Source: Raphidiopsis brookii D9 (lineage in GTDB: Bacteria; Cyanobacteriota; Cyanobacteriia; Cyanobacteriales; Nostocaceae). Taken from it: 27,888 bases of DNA. Where the stretch lies: NCBI GenBank assembly GCA_000175855.1, contig ACYB01000002.1, positions 1-27,888 of the forward strand, read 5' to 3'. Positions 1 to 8,775 of the stretch are shown one piece after another. Numbering within the stretch: the stretch's first letter is position 1; the number at the start of each line of letters is the position of its first letter. The position numbers and the translations under genes were made by a program. The notes under the pieces are model-generated. The model was not told the origin of the DNA. It ran no database searches and saw only the letters and a program-made list of their open reading frames with translations.

Positions 1-169
1 GTGGTTGAATAAAACCACCAATTTCTAAACTTTCAGACAAAGCTCCTGCTAAAAGTGGTTGTCCTATATTGTCCACTGGTTCATCCTCTAGTTGAAAATC
101 ATCGGGTAAGGCCTCCCATGAGATAACCGGTCCCGTCTGTGATTTGCTTTCACTGAGTAGGGTTGCCAT
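1..169 (-). CDS. Uma2-family (DUF820-type) putative endonuclease, N-terminal part; the gene continues past the window start
   Basis: My translation of the minus strand from the ATG at 167-169 gives MATLLSESKSQTGPVISWEALPDDFQLEDEPVDNIGQPLLAGALSESLEIGGFIQP..., open to position 1. I recognise the ISWEALPDDF...DEPV.N..QPLL pattern as the N-terminus of cyanobacterial Uma2/DUF820 proteins. It is absent from the ORF track because the window edge truncates it. Confidence 0.55.
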   Translation of the reverse strand, partial: MATLLSESKSQTGPVISWEALPDDFQLEDEPVDNIGQPLLAGALSESLEIGGFIQP

Positions 170-209
170 AAAAGTTACTTTTACTTGACTTATTCTTATT
201 CTATCATCT
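98..209. repeat. Copy 1 of a roughly 110-bp dispersed direct repeat (Uma2 5' coding end plus upstream region); the partner is at 26672-26772
   Basis: Positions 131-179 match 26701-26749 with 2 mismatches (154, 179). The flanks match with small indels: 4 nt on the coding side and 9 nt in the upstream part. Confidence 0.85.
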
Positions 210-1019
210 TCTCGAATCAAATAACTGTGACGCCTTGTTGAAATCTCTAATAGCTCCTTCTTTGTCACCTAGGTCATTGCGAGTTGCTCCCCGATTATTG
301 TAGGCTTGAGCAAAGTTAGGATTAATTTGGATAGCTTGAGTAAAATCACTGATTGCACCCTGCTTATCTCCCATATTATGACGAGCAAGTCCCCGATTAT
401 TATAGGCTTGAGCAAAGTTAGGACTAATTTGGATAGCTTGAGTAAAATCATTGATTGCACCTTGCCTGTCTCCCATGTCGTAGCGGGCAATTCCCCGATT
501 GTTGTAGGCAGTAGGATCTCTATAATCAAGTCTCAGACTCTGAGTAAAATCACTGATTGCACCTTGCTTATCTCCCAGGTTATGACGGGCAAGTCCCCGG
601 TTGTAGTAGGGTTGAGCAAAGTTAGGATTAAGGTTAATAACGGTGGTAAAATCATTGATTGCCCCGTGTTTATCACCTAAGTCACTGCGACTTGCTCCTC
701 GGTTGTAATAGGCAGCAACATTGTTAGGATTGAGTTTAATAACCTGAGTAAAATCACTGATTGCTCTCTGCTTATCTCCCAATTCATGCCAGGCAATTCC
801 TCGGTTAAAATAAGCTAAGCTATTACGGGGATAAAAATTGATAAATTGACTAAAATCATTGATTGCACCCTGCTTATCTCCTAAGTCATTGCGGGTTGCT
901 CCCCGGTTGTAGTAGGGTTGAGCAAAGTTAGGATTAAGGTTAATAGCTTGAGTAAAATCACTGATTGCACCCTGCTTATCTCCCAATTGGTAGCGGTTAA
1001 CTCCGCGATCATTATAAGC
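204..1019. repeat. 102-bp periodic coding repeat (TPR units), several units near-identical at DNA level
   Basis: Strings such as gagtaaaatcactgattgcaccctgcttatctccc and gagcaaagttaggattaa recur at 102-nt spacing. Confidence 0.8.
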
Positions 1020-1112
1020 AATAGCACCATTACTTAGATTAACATTATTTGGATTAATTGGATTAGGCTGGCGATTTATGGAACCGTAGGGTTTACTTGC
1101 TGATTGAAATTG
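204..1112 (-). CDS. Tetratricopeptide-repeat (TPR) protein segment of about 8-9 TPR units; probably the C-terminal part of the upstream protease gene
   Basis: The 34-aa periodic motif GDKQGAISDFTQAI..NPNFAQAYNNRG repeats through the ORF. The track ORF (204-986) begins at a TTG. The frame stays open upstream to 1112, and a complete TPR helix (AIAYNDRGVNRYQ) lies upstream of that TTG, with no ATG/GTG/TTG in between. Confidence 0.8.
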   Translation of the reverse strand, partial: QFQSASKPYGSINRQPNPINPNNVNLSNGAIAYNDRGVNRYQLGDKQGAISDFTQAINLNPNFAQPYYNRGATRNDLGDKQGAINDFSQFINFYPRNSLAYFNRGIAWHELGDKQRAISDFTQVIKLNPNNVAAYYNRGASRSDLGDKHGAINDFTTVINLNPNFAQPYYNRGLARHNLGDKQGAISDFTQSLRLDYRDPTAYNNRGIARYDMGDRQGAINDFTQAIQISPNFAQAYNNRGLARHNMGDKQGAISDFTQAIQINPNFAQAYNNRGATRNDLGDKEGAIRDFNKASQLFDSRR

Positions 1113-1873
1113 CTAAGGGAGAAAAAGATATTAATTGGAATGCCCGCATTAAAACCAGTTTTCTGTGTTGGTTTCACACCATTTACTGTTTCCGATTGAT
1201 TGTTATTATTGGTCTCCCCATCATCAGTATCTGCCAATCCGTGAATGCCAATTACTCTTCCATAAATATCAAATACAGGACCGCCGCTATTTCCGATAAA
1301 TGTCGTGGCATTATATACCAGTCCGTATCCCCGATCAGAATTAGGAATAAAAGTAACTACTTTTCCATTGGTGATAGTAAAAGTCCTTTGTTTGCCGACT
1401 CTACCAAAAATAGTGGGAAATCCTGCAACCAAAATATCTGATTGTATTTTGACATTATCAGAATTTCCCAATGGTGCAATCTGATAGTTTTCCCTAGATT
1501 CAAATCTTATTATTGCTAGGTCTGGATCTTGGACATTTATTTGCAGACTTTGACGGTACTTCATAGGATATTCTTTACCATCATAGGTTACAACAGTATA
1601 ATTCGAGTCTGTTCGGCAGCGAATTTTTATTGTACCTAGGTTATCACATACAACATGGTTTGCGGTGAGTACGGTGTAAATTGTTCCTTCTTTTTTGATA
1701 ATTACACCTGATCCACCAGGGTTGGCATTACTGTTGATTTGAACTGTAGTCTTCCTGGCTATATCCTCAATTCCTGTTGTTGTTTGTGCTGAGGTTGATG
1801 AGGTTGACACAGATATAAGCACAAATAGGGATAGATTTGCAACATATATCTTATTTTTAAGTATTTTATACAT
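1076..1873 (-). CDS. Secreted trypsin-like (S1/S1C) serine protease domain protein
   Basis: Triad context is present: TANHVV (His), DLAIIRF (Asp), GNSGGPVF (Ser). I prefer the ATG at 1871-1873 (MYKILKNKIYVANLSLFVLISVSTSSTSAQ), which gives a signal-peptide-like N-terminus. The track start at 1957 adds 28 unlikely residues. Confidence 0.8.
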   Translation of the reverse strand: MYKILKNKIYVANLSLFVLISVSTSSTSAQTTTGIEDIARKTTVQINSNANPGGSGVIIKKEGTIYTVLTANHVVCDNLGTIKIRCRTDSNYTVVTYDGKEYPMKYRQSLQINVQDPDLAIIRFESRENYQIAPLGNSDNVKIQSDILVAGFPTIFGRVGKQRTFTITNGKVVTFIPNSDRGYGLVYNATTFIGNSGGPVFDIYGRVIGIHGLADTDDGETNNNNQSETVNGVKPTQKTGFNAGIPINIFFSLSNFNQQVNPTVP

Positions 1874-1994
1874 TATCCCATTATCCTCCTCCAGGTTTTG
1901 TGGACTAACACTGGCTAGAATGCATGTTAACTGTGTATTACAAAAAGTGTAACACACAGTTTTGCGATGACCGATAAATCAGAAGTAAGCTCCG

Positions 1995-2909
1995 TTAGAA
2001 ACCTTGACGATAGCCAACAGCAAAGCTGAAGGAATTATAAGGACCAATATCTACTTGGACTGGTATGTTATTGACTATAAGTTTCTCTTTAGCACCATAA
2101 CTTGAAATGCTGGAATATTTCAGTTCACCAAAAACATTTCCTTTTTTGGTAATTTCATATTGTACACCAGCTTTCAGCTGATAGGCAAAAGAATCGCCAT
2201 CAGAATCGTCGCTATTACCATTAGGGTACTTTATCTTACCTCTAATAAAACCTAAACCAAGACCACCACCAACATAAGGGCGGAATTTAGAACCTGTGGG
2301 GATATCATAGTAGCCATTTATTAGAATAGTAGTGGCACTCAAATTACCAGATATCAACTGTGACGAACCATTAATAGCAGTTACTTCCTTTGCACTAAAA
2401 AATTGGTTACCGACTTCTAATTCAGCCCTTACCTGTTCAAACTGATAACCAGCTGCTCCATTGAATGAAAAGGCACCATTAGAACTTACGCTTGCCACTT
2501 TAATACCTAGCGCCTTTAAATCCACATCACTTTGAGAACCAAAACCACCACTAAGACTCCCATACCAGTAATTACTCGCAGGTAGGTCAGGATTAATATC
2601 TCCACCTATATACAAAGGAGTAGAAGGGTTAGTGGTGGGGGATACTGGTGTAAATCCAGGATCGGAAGAAGGAGTAGAAGGGTCCGTGGTGGGAGATGTT
2701 GGTGTAACTCCAGGATCGGAAGAAGGAGTAGAAGGGTTAGTGGTGGGAGATGTTGGTGTAACTCCAGGATCGGAAGATTGAGCTAGCAGATTAGCACTAC
2801 CCCCTATTAAATCAGTAGCTTTGGTGGAAACTTCCTCAGCTTTGACGGATGTAGTAAAAGCTAGACTAGCCACTACAGCGGGAAACAACAGATATAGATA
2901 AGATTTCAT
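1995..2909 (-). CDS. Outer-membrane beta-barrel protein (OmpW/OMP_b-brl-like) with a Pro/Thr/Ser-rich repeat linker
   Basis: Signal peptide MKSYLYLLFPAVVASLAFTTSVKA. The C-terminal half has alternating beta-strand-like patterning and a terminal aromatic residue (...FAVGYRQGF), as in OMPs. Confidence 0.7.
   Translation of the reverse strand: MKSYLYLLFPAVVASLAFTTSVKAEEVSTKATDLIGGSANLLAQSSDPGVTPTSPTTNPSTPSSDPGVTPTSPTTDPSTPSSDPGFTPVSPTTNPSTPLYIGGDINPDLPASNYWYGSLSGGFGSQSDVDLKALGIKVASVSSNGAFSFNGAAGYQFEQVRAELEVGNQFFSAKEVTAINGSSQLISGNLSATTILINGYYDIPTGSKFRPYVGGGLGLGFIRGKIKYPNGNSDDSDGDSFAYQLKAGVQYEITKKGNVFGELKYSSISSYGAKEKLIVNNIPVQVDIGPYNSFSFAVGYRQGF
2616..2777. repeat. 3 x 54-bp in-frame tandem repeat encoding SSDPGVTPTSPTTNPSTP
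   Basis: The direct repeat ggatcggaagaaggagtagaagggttagtggtgggagatgttggtgtaactcca occurs three times with few substitutions, covering codons 45-98 of the OMP gene. Confidence 0.9.
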
Positions 2910-2984
2910 AATTAGTAGCGTTAATTTTCACAGAGAGTAAACAAAAGCACTCTAAGTAATTATGAAACCTAATTTCATGTACCT

Positions 2985-3045
2985 AAAGATAGATATTTGC
3001 TCCCGGATAAAATCTAGTTTTATCTATCCAAAGATAGATATTTGC
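2985..3045. promoter_or_regulatory. Possible operator-like repeats upstream of the OMP gene
   Basis: The 16-bp direct repeat aaagatagatatttgc occurs at 2985-3000 and 3030-3045. An 8-bp inverted repeat tatctatc/gatagata lies at 3021-3028 and 3033-3040. All sit 75-140 bp upstream of the start at 2909. Confidence 0.25.
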
Positions 3046-3099
3046 GCTCAGATATTTAAACTGGTAATATATTTGGCGAGCCGAAACTAAGCGATTAGC

Positions 3100-3119
3100 T
3101 TTTTAGCCCCAGCTAAAAA
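3100..3119 (-). terminator. Perfect 8-bp stem / 4-nt loop hairpin downstream of the 3201-3905 gene
   Basis: tttttagc-ccca-gctaaaaa. The U/A runs are inside the stem rather than trailing it, so this is not a canonical intrinsic terminator. Confidence 0.2.
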
Positions 3120-3200
3120 ACCAAATTGTTGTACAAGTTATTATAATTTAAGCTAAATTACATTGCTTTAAGACTTAGCGTGGAACAGCAGGAAAGTGTA

Positions 3201-3905
3201 TCACTTATTGCCCACTAAATCGGAGGCGATAGCACACCAAATTTGCAAGAAGGTACCACGATTTAGTTTCCCACGTTCTTGACCAGGAAACAATGAATCA
3301 AATTTTCTATAGGTTTCTTTTCTTACCTCTTCCAAGGAGCGATACTTACCTAATTTACCAGCTTTTGCCAATCTATTCCAACGCTGCAAATCTTGTTGAC
3401 TATAGCTACCCATTTTCTTCCGCGCACTTTGACTAAGATTAGCCTGTTCAATTTTCCATAATAGTTCATCTGCTTTATTATTCCACTCTTTTCTTAAAGC
3501 TCTATCCCCCGCTGTATCTCGCAGAGATCTGTTCTTTAATTCCGGTCTGGAAGTATAAAATGTTTCATCAACTGTCTTAATAAAAAATCTTCGAGAAATC
3601 TCCAATTGCTGTAACCGGGTGAATACATTCTCAATACTACGTTGACTCCGACCAAAGGGAAGAGAAGGAACAGAGGGAAATTGGGGAATTTCCACTTTGG
3701 GTAAACTAACCGATGTCAAAGTTTTAACTAAGAAGTTGCCAAAAGACCACAGACCAGCACCGGTTAAACCAATTCCCGTAGTAATAATGAAAGTCATAGC
3801 AAATGGACGCAACCATAAAGGCATGTGTATCTTATTAATAACAGCTTGAGTAGTTACATAAATGGTTCTTCCTGGTGCTGCTATCAAGGTTTTCAATTTA
3901 GTCAT
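3201..3905 (-). CDS. Membrane-anchored protein resembling the C-terminal extracytoplasmic region of cyanobacterial Ser/Thr kinases
   Basis: One hydrophobic segment (FAMTFIITTGIGLTGAGLWSFGNFL) is followed by a charged helical region ending ...RGTFLQIWCAIASDLV. From memory, this region is normally fused to the kinase domain in cyanobacterial STKs. It lies 41 nt downstream of the kinase on the same strand. Confidence 0.6.
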   Translation of the reverse strand: MTKLKTLIAAPGRTIYVTTQAVINKIHMPLWLRPFAMTFIITTGIGLTGAGLWSFGNFLVKTLTSVSLPKVEIPQFPSVPSLPFGRSQRSIENVFTRLQQLEISRRFFIKTVDETFYTSRPELKNRSLRDTAGDRALRKEWNNKADELLWKIEQANLSQSARKKMGSYSQQDLQRWNRLAKAGKLGKYRSLEEVRKETYRKFDSLFPGQERGKLNRGTFLQIWCAIASDLVGNK

Positions 3906-3946
3906 GGGAGGACTATTTTGAATGTGGTGAGAATTAATCGGTTTTA

Positions 3947-4915
3947 TTATATTTTCCCTAAACTATTTGATAATTTATTACTTGGTCGAATTAAAGCAAA
4001 CTTTAATAAGTCTTTTATAACTTGATCAGCTTCTTGATAGCGATCGCTTGGTTTATATGCCAACATTTTTTTCAAGACTGATTCCAACTGAGGACTAACC
4101 TGAATTCTAGTACCCCAATACCAAGTACCATGATGACTATCATAAAGTGACTGAGGATCTTGACCATTAATTAAAACCAAAGCAGTTACTGCCAAAGAAT
4201 ATAAATCGCTACTTTTAAAGACCTTTCCTGCGATTAACTGTTCCTCTGGTGCATATCCCTTTTTACCTAACAAGGTACCATTTCCCACGAGATTAGTTTG
4301 CCACAAACCTTGATAAGCTGGTAATTGTTTAACACCTCCAAAATCAATTAACACTGGTAAATTATCACTTTGGCGGAGAATCAAATTATCGGGGGAGATA
4401 TCGCGGTGGACTATATCTAAGGAATGAATATAGCTCAAAACGGGCAAAATATTTTCTAATAGGGTAATAACTTCCACCTCGGTGAAAGATATCCCTTGTT
4501 TTTGTAGTTGTTGAGATAGTTGGTGATAGTTAACACCTTCCACATAATCTTGAACTAAAAAGAAAAAATCTTTACTGCCTATTTTTACCTGTATAAACTC
4601 ATGGAGTTCAGGAATTTGTGGGTGATGGATTTTTCTAAGTACACCTGCTTCCCGTTGAAATAATTCCCGAGCTTTTTGCAGATCTTCCGGTTGAGATAGC
4701 TGAGGTGCAAATTCCTTCAAAACACATTTTTGACCATTCTTTTGTTTATCCATAGCCAAATAGGTTCGACCAAATCCACCCTGTCCCAATATGTGTAGGA
4801 TTTGATAGCGATTGTTGATTATCCTTTCTGAGGATAAAGGTAATGATTCCCCACACTGAGTACAAAAACGATGATTACTTTGATTCAGGTGTTGTTGGCT
4901 ACAATATACATACAT
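3947..4915 (-). CDS. Ser/Thr protein kinase with N-terminal 4-Cys (zinc-ribbon-like) prefix
   Basis: C-x11-C-x2-C N-terminus (CSQQHLNQSNHRFCTQC). Gly loop GQGGFGRTY, VLKEF, catalytic HRDISPDNLIL, DFGGVK, GYAPEEQ. Confidence 0.9.
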   Translation of the reverse strand: MYVYCSQQHLNQSNHRFCTQCGESLPLSSERIINNRYQILHILGQGGFGRTYLAMDKQKNGQKCVLKEFAPQLSQPEDLQKARELFQREAGVLRKIHHPQIPELHEFIQVKIGSKDFFFLVQDYVEGVNYHQLSQQLQKQGISFTEVEVITLLENILPVLSYIHSLDIVHRDISPDNLILRQSDNLPVLIDFGGVKQLPAYQGLWQTNLVGNGTLLGKKGYAPEEQLIAGKVFKSSDLYSLAVTALVLINGQDPQSLYDSHHGTWYWGTRIQVSPQLESVLKKMLAYKPSDRYQEADQVIKDLLKFALIRPSNKLSNSLGKI

Positions 4916-5190
4916 ACATGGTAAAATCAGTCAATCATCAACAAATAGTAATTTAGTAAATTGTAATTTACCTTGAATTTTAAGGACAGGGCGAATCCGG
5001 ATGCATGATCAACAAGGAATAATCAGGCGATCGCCTTTCTCCAATGCTTAATAAAACGTAATAAAAACAAGCAAGTAAAATGCTTGCCAAGTAGATTCGG
5101 GTAGTGTTATGCTCATACAGCATCATTATCTGACTAAGTTTATAACATTTTAACTCTATAACATTCAGACAAATTAAAGAAAGGAATAAA

Positions 5191-8100
5191 ATGACCTTCA
5201 CATCAGGACAGTTACAAATTGTCAGAAATAGCCAAGACGAAAAAATTCGTGTGGAAGCATTACGGCAATTGTTAGGATATCCGGTGAAAGAACTGGATCG
5301 GGAAGGTTCACGGTTTTGGTATTTACGTCCTGGTAATGATGAAGAGGAAGCAGCGGAAACTTGCCCTATTGCAGTAGGTTTTTATAGAGAACTGGTGTCT
5401 TTAAGTGAATTAGAGGCTAAAAGATTTTTCACTGAGGAAGCGCAACAAAAAGATATTTACGGTCATTACATCAGTCGAGTAGCTGAGGAACAACCCGTCA
5501 TGTATCTAATTTTACCCAATGGGTCATCTGGTAGGATTTCTTTAATCCTTCCTGGAGAAGGTAAATTGCGTCAGCAACAAATTCAAACTTTTAGTTATGA
5601 TGATGAGCAGTTACTGTCTAGACTAAAAAGAATTACACAAGACGAAATATTTATTGCTACTAAAGCACTGATGTCTGTTCCTTTAGTGGAATGGGTGTTT
5701 TATGAACCAATCAAGACCGCCAAGGAGTTGGCCCTAAAATTAGCACAAGCAGCTCGTCAGATTGAGCAGGTAATACCTATCGCTTACAAGCAAGAACGGG
5801 AAGATGGATATTTACATACATTACTTAAAAGTTTTCAGCGGGAATTATTACCTTCTCTTAAACTGAGTTCAGATCATGAAAAAGATTATAGTTTTGCCGA
5901 CATTTATGCCCAAACTATTGCCTATGCTTTGTTTACTGCCAGAGTGTTTGGATATGTGAGAGATAAAAGAGCAGGAAGGACACAAGAAACCTTATTTGAT
6001 AGAGAATCAGCTTGGCAACAATTACCCGAAACTAATCCCTTTCTACGTAAGCTGTTTCAGGATGTTTCTGAACGCAGTGCTGAGAAATTGGGTGATGATT
6101 TGATAGGAGCAATTTCTGATATTTTCGTTATTCTTCGTACTACTAAGATGGATGCGATTCTGTCAGATTTTGAGATGAAAATGAACCGGGAGGATATTGT
6201 AATTCGGTTCTATGAAGATTTCTTAGCAGCATATAAACCCCAAATGCGAGAACGACGGGGGTTTATTACACACCCGAACCCGTGGTTTCTTACATGGTGC
6301 GTTCTGTAGATATTTTGGTGAAAGAAAAGTTTAATAAACCCTTGGGTTTAGCAGATCCAGAGGTGATGATTCTTGACCCTGCTTGTGGTACTGGTACGTT
6401 TTTATTATGGATTTGTCAACTTATTTATCAACGGTTTCAGGAGTCACCTGCAGCACTGACGGAAGGCTTAGTTGACAAATCTTGGTCTGGGTATGTTGAG
6501 GAGCGGTTGCTACCTAGAATATTTGGTTTTGAGCTGTTAATGTCTCCCTATGCGATCGCCCATCTGAAAATAGGTTTGTTTTTGCAAGAAACTGGTTATA
6601 AGTTTGATGGTGGTAAACGATTAGGGGTTTATTTAATTAATACTTTAGAGGATATTACGTTAAGGGAAGAAACCCAGCAATTAAGTTTAAATATCCCCCA
6701 GATGGAACAATTAATTGCTGAAGAGGCGAAAGCGGGGGCTAGGGTTAAGAAAGAGGAACCGATTATGGTGGTAATTGGGAATCCTCCCTATTCGGGACAT
6801 TCGGAAAATAACAATCCTTGGATTAAGGAGTTAGTTAATCATTATTACTTTGTAGATGGTAAACCATTAGGTGAGAAAAACCCCAAGTGGTTACAGGATG
6901 ATTATGTTAAATTTATTCGTTTTGGTCAGTGGAGAATTGATCAGTCAGGTCAAGGGATATTAGCTTTTATTAGTAACCATGGATTTTTAGATAACCCCAC
7001 ATTTAGGGGAATGCGTCAGCATTTGATTGATAGTTTTAATGGTATTTATATTTATGATTTGCATGGGAATAGTAAGAAGAAGGAAAGTGATATTGATGGT
7101 GGTAAGGATGAAAATGTTTTTGATATTCAACAGGGTGTTACTATTAGTTTGGCAATTAAAGCAGAAGATAAGTATATTAATCATTCTCACTTATATGGTT
7201 TAAGGGAATATAAATATAATACCTTGACTGAAAATACAGTTAATACTACTAAGTTTTCTGAGGTTAAACCAAAGTCTGAGTTTTATTTATTAATTCCTCA
7301 AGATACATATTTATTTGCAGAGTATGGGCAGTTTTTAAAAATTACTGATATTATGCAAGAATATTCTTTAGGATGTCTTACTAAGAGAGATAAACTGGTT
7401 ATTAATTATTCATTTAAGGAAATCAAAGATAACATAGTAAAATTTCTAGACAGCAATAAAAGTGATCAAGAAGTAGTTGATATCTTTGGATTACAATTAT
7501 TTGATAAAGATAAATGGAATGCTTCTACAGCTAGAGAATGTATCACAGATCAAGAAATAGAAACTTATATTAAGCAAGAAATATTTAGACCATTTGATCA
7601 AAGGTTTATCTTTTACCATCAAGAATTTGTGGCACGATTAAATTATCGTGTTATGCAACATTTTCTATATCTGAATTATGGCATAGTCTTGGGAAGACAA
7701 GGAGCAGCAATAGGATCAACTTATTGGGATGTCATTTTTATTTGTAATTTAATTATAGATCAAAATATTTTTCGTAGAGGTGGAGGAACTGTTTTTCCCC
7801 TTTACCTCTACCCCGACACAAATCAACCGCAAGAACTGCAACAAAAAAAACGCCCCAACTTTTCAGAAAAGTTCCTCAAAAAAATAGAAATAAACCTGGG
7901 TTATCTCCCCACACCAGAAACCATATTCTACTATATCTATGCCATCTTCCACTCCCCCACCTACCGCACACGCTACGCTGAATTTCTGAAAATAGACTTC
8001 CCCCGCGTTCCCCTCACCAGAAACAATAACCTATTTTGTCAACTTGCAGAATGTGGAGAACAATTAGTAGCCCTGCACCTCATGAAATCACCCAAATTAA

Positions 8101-8408
8101 ATAACCTTATCACCCAATTTACCCCAAATGGAGGTAATTCAATAGTAGATGCGGGATATCCTAAATATACCCAAAATGCAGTATTAATCAACAAAAAAGG
8201 TGACAAATTTTTGGGAGTACCCGAAGAAGTTTGGAACTTTTATATAGGAGGTTATCAAGTTTGTCAAAAATGGCTCAAGGATCGTAAGGGACGCACCCTA
8301 AGTGATGATGATATCCAACAGTACCAGAAAATTGTGGTAGCACTCCAGCAAACCATAGCAACTATGACCAGTATTGACACAGTAATTCCAGAATGGCCCA
8401 TTTACTAA
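5191..8408 (+). pseudogene. Type ISP / type IIG-like N6-adenine DNA methyltransferase (about 1080 aa if joined) lacking nuclease and helicase modules; split by a frameshift at a G5 tract
   Basis: ORFs 5191-6309 and 6282-8408 overlap. The family motif RGVYYTPEPVVSYMVRSVD is read across the two frames (RERRG in frame 1, GVYYTPEPVVSYM in frame 2). SAM motif I is DPACGTGTFL and motif IV is GNPPYSG. Upstream motifs are ADIYAQTIAYALFTAR, NPFLRKLF and FYEDFLAAY. The C-terminal signature is type-ISP-like: FHSPTYRTRYAEFLKIDFPRVPLT, GGYQVCQKWLKDRKGRTL. Confidence 0.85.
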
Positions 8409-8545
8409 ATAACTAACCATGATAGAAAACTACGACAGTCAAGAATCAGAACGCATCATCGGTCAAATTGCAATAAACCTAGACCACCTACCTACACCCT
8501 TAAGGGTTTAAACCTCATGATTACGAACTTTATAACAAAAACCTA

Positions 8546-8700
8546 ATGAGTCGTAAAGGTGGTGACTTCCAAGTAGACTTTAATCGTTATGGAGGACCAG
8601 ATTTAGTAATTATTGATGAAGCACATGAAGGTATCCCTAATTATAGAAACCGTATTCACCAAACCTGTTTACAAATTCAACAGAGCGATCGCCTGTATTC
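8546..8700 (+). pseudogene. Possible relic of an SF2/SNF2-type helicase gene (motif II only)
   Basis: The translation contains GGPDLVIIDEAHEG, a hydrophobic run followed by a DEAH box. No other helicase motifs are nearby. The 3' end of the track ORF (8546-8785) runs into the duplicated unit and is not credible as coding. Confidence 0.3.
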
Positions 8701-8775
8701 AATTCAAGATAATCAACAAGAGCTAGATCTGGGGATCCTAGAATATGGAGTAACCTCATTGGTAGCCCTTATGAG

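Noticed and set aside
269-680. ORFs 269-529 (-) and 306-680 (+) overlapping the TPR gene
   Set aside because: They are alternative-frame and antisense readings of the 102-bp periodic TPR DNA. Their own periodic low-complexity sequences (e.g. LSKITDCTLLISH repeated) are a by-product of the repeat.
204-1019. A regularly spaced repeat array that might be mistaken for a CRISPR
   Set aside because: The period is 102 bp with no unique spacers. The whole array is one open reading frame encoding canonical TPR units.
1097-1441. ORF 1097-1441 (+)
   Set aside because: It is antisense to the well-supported protease CDS and has no recognisable motifs.
1874-1957. 28-codon N-terminal extension of the protease ORF (MCYTFCNTQL...)
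   Set aside because: The internal ATG at 1873 yields a proper signal peptide. The extension is Cys-rich and unlike a leader.
3825-5201. ORFs 3825-4025 (+) and 4980-5201 (-)
   Set aside because: The first is antisense across the kinase and membrane-protein junction. The second lies in the AT-rich divergent promoter region, has low-complexity hydrophobic sequence and has no SD.
6987-7190. ORF 6987-7190 (-)
   Set aside because: It is an antisense shadow in the AT-rich part of the methyltransferase gene.
8419-8511. 30-aa ORF MIENYDSQESERIIGQIAINLDHLPTPLRV just after the methyltransferase
   Set aside because: It is too short and has no recognisable motif. It may be debris of the lost downstream gene, but I cannot support a call.
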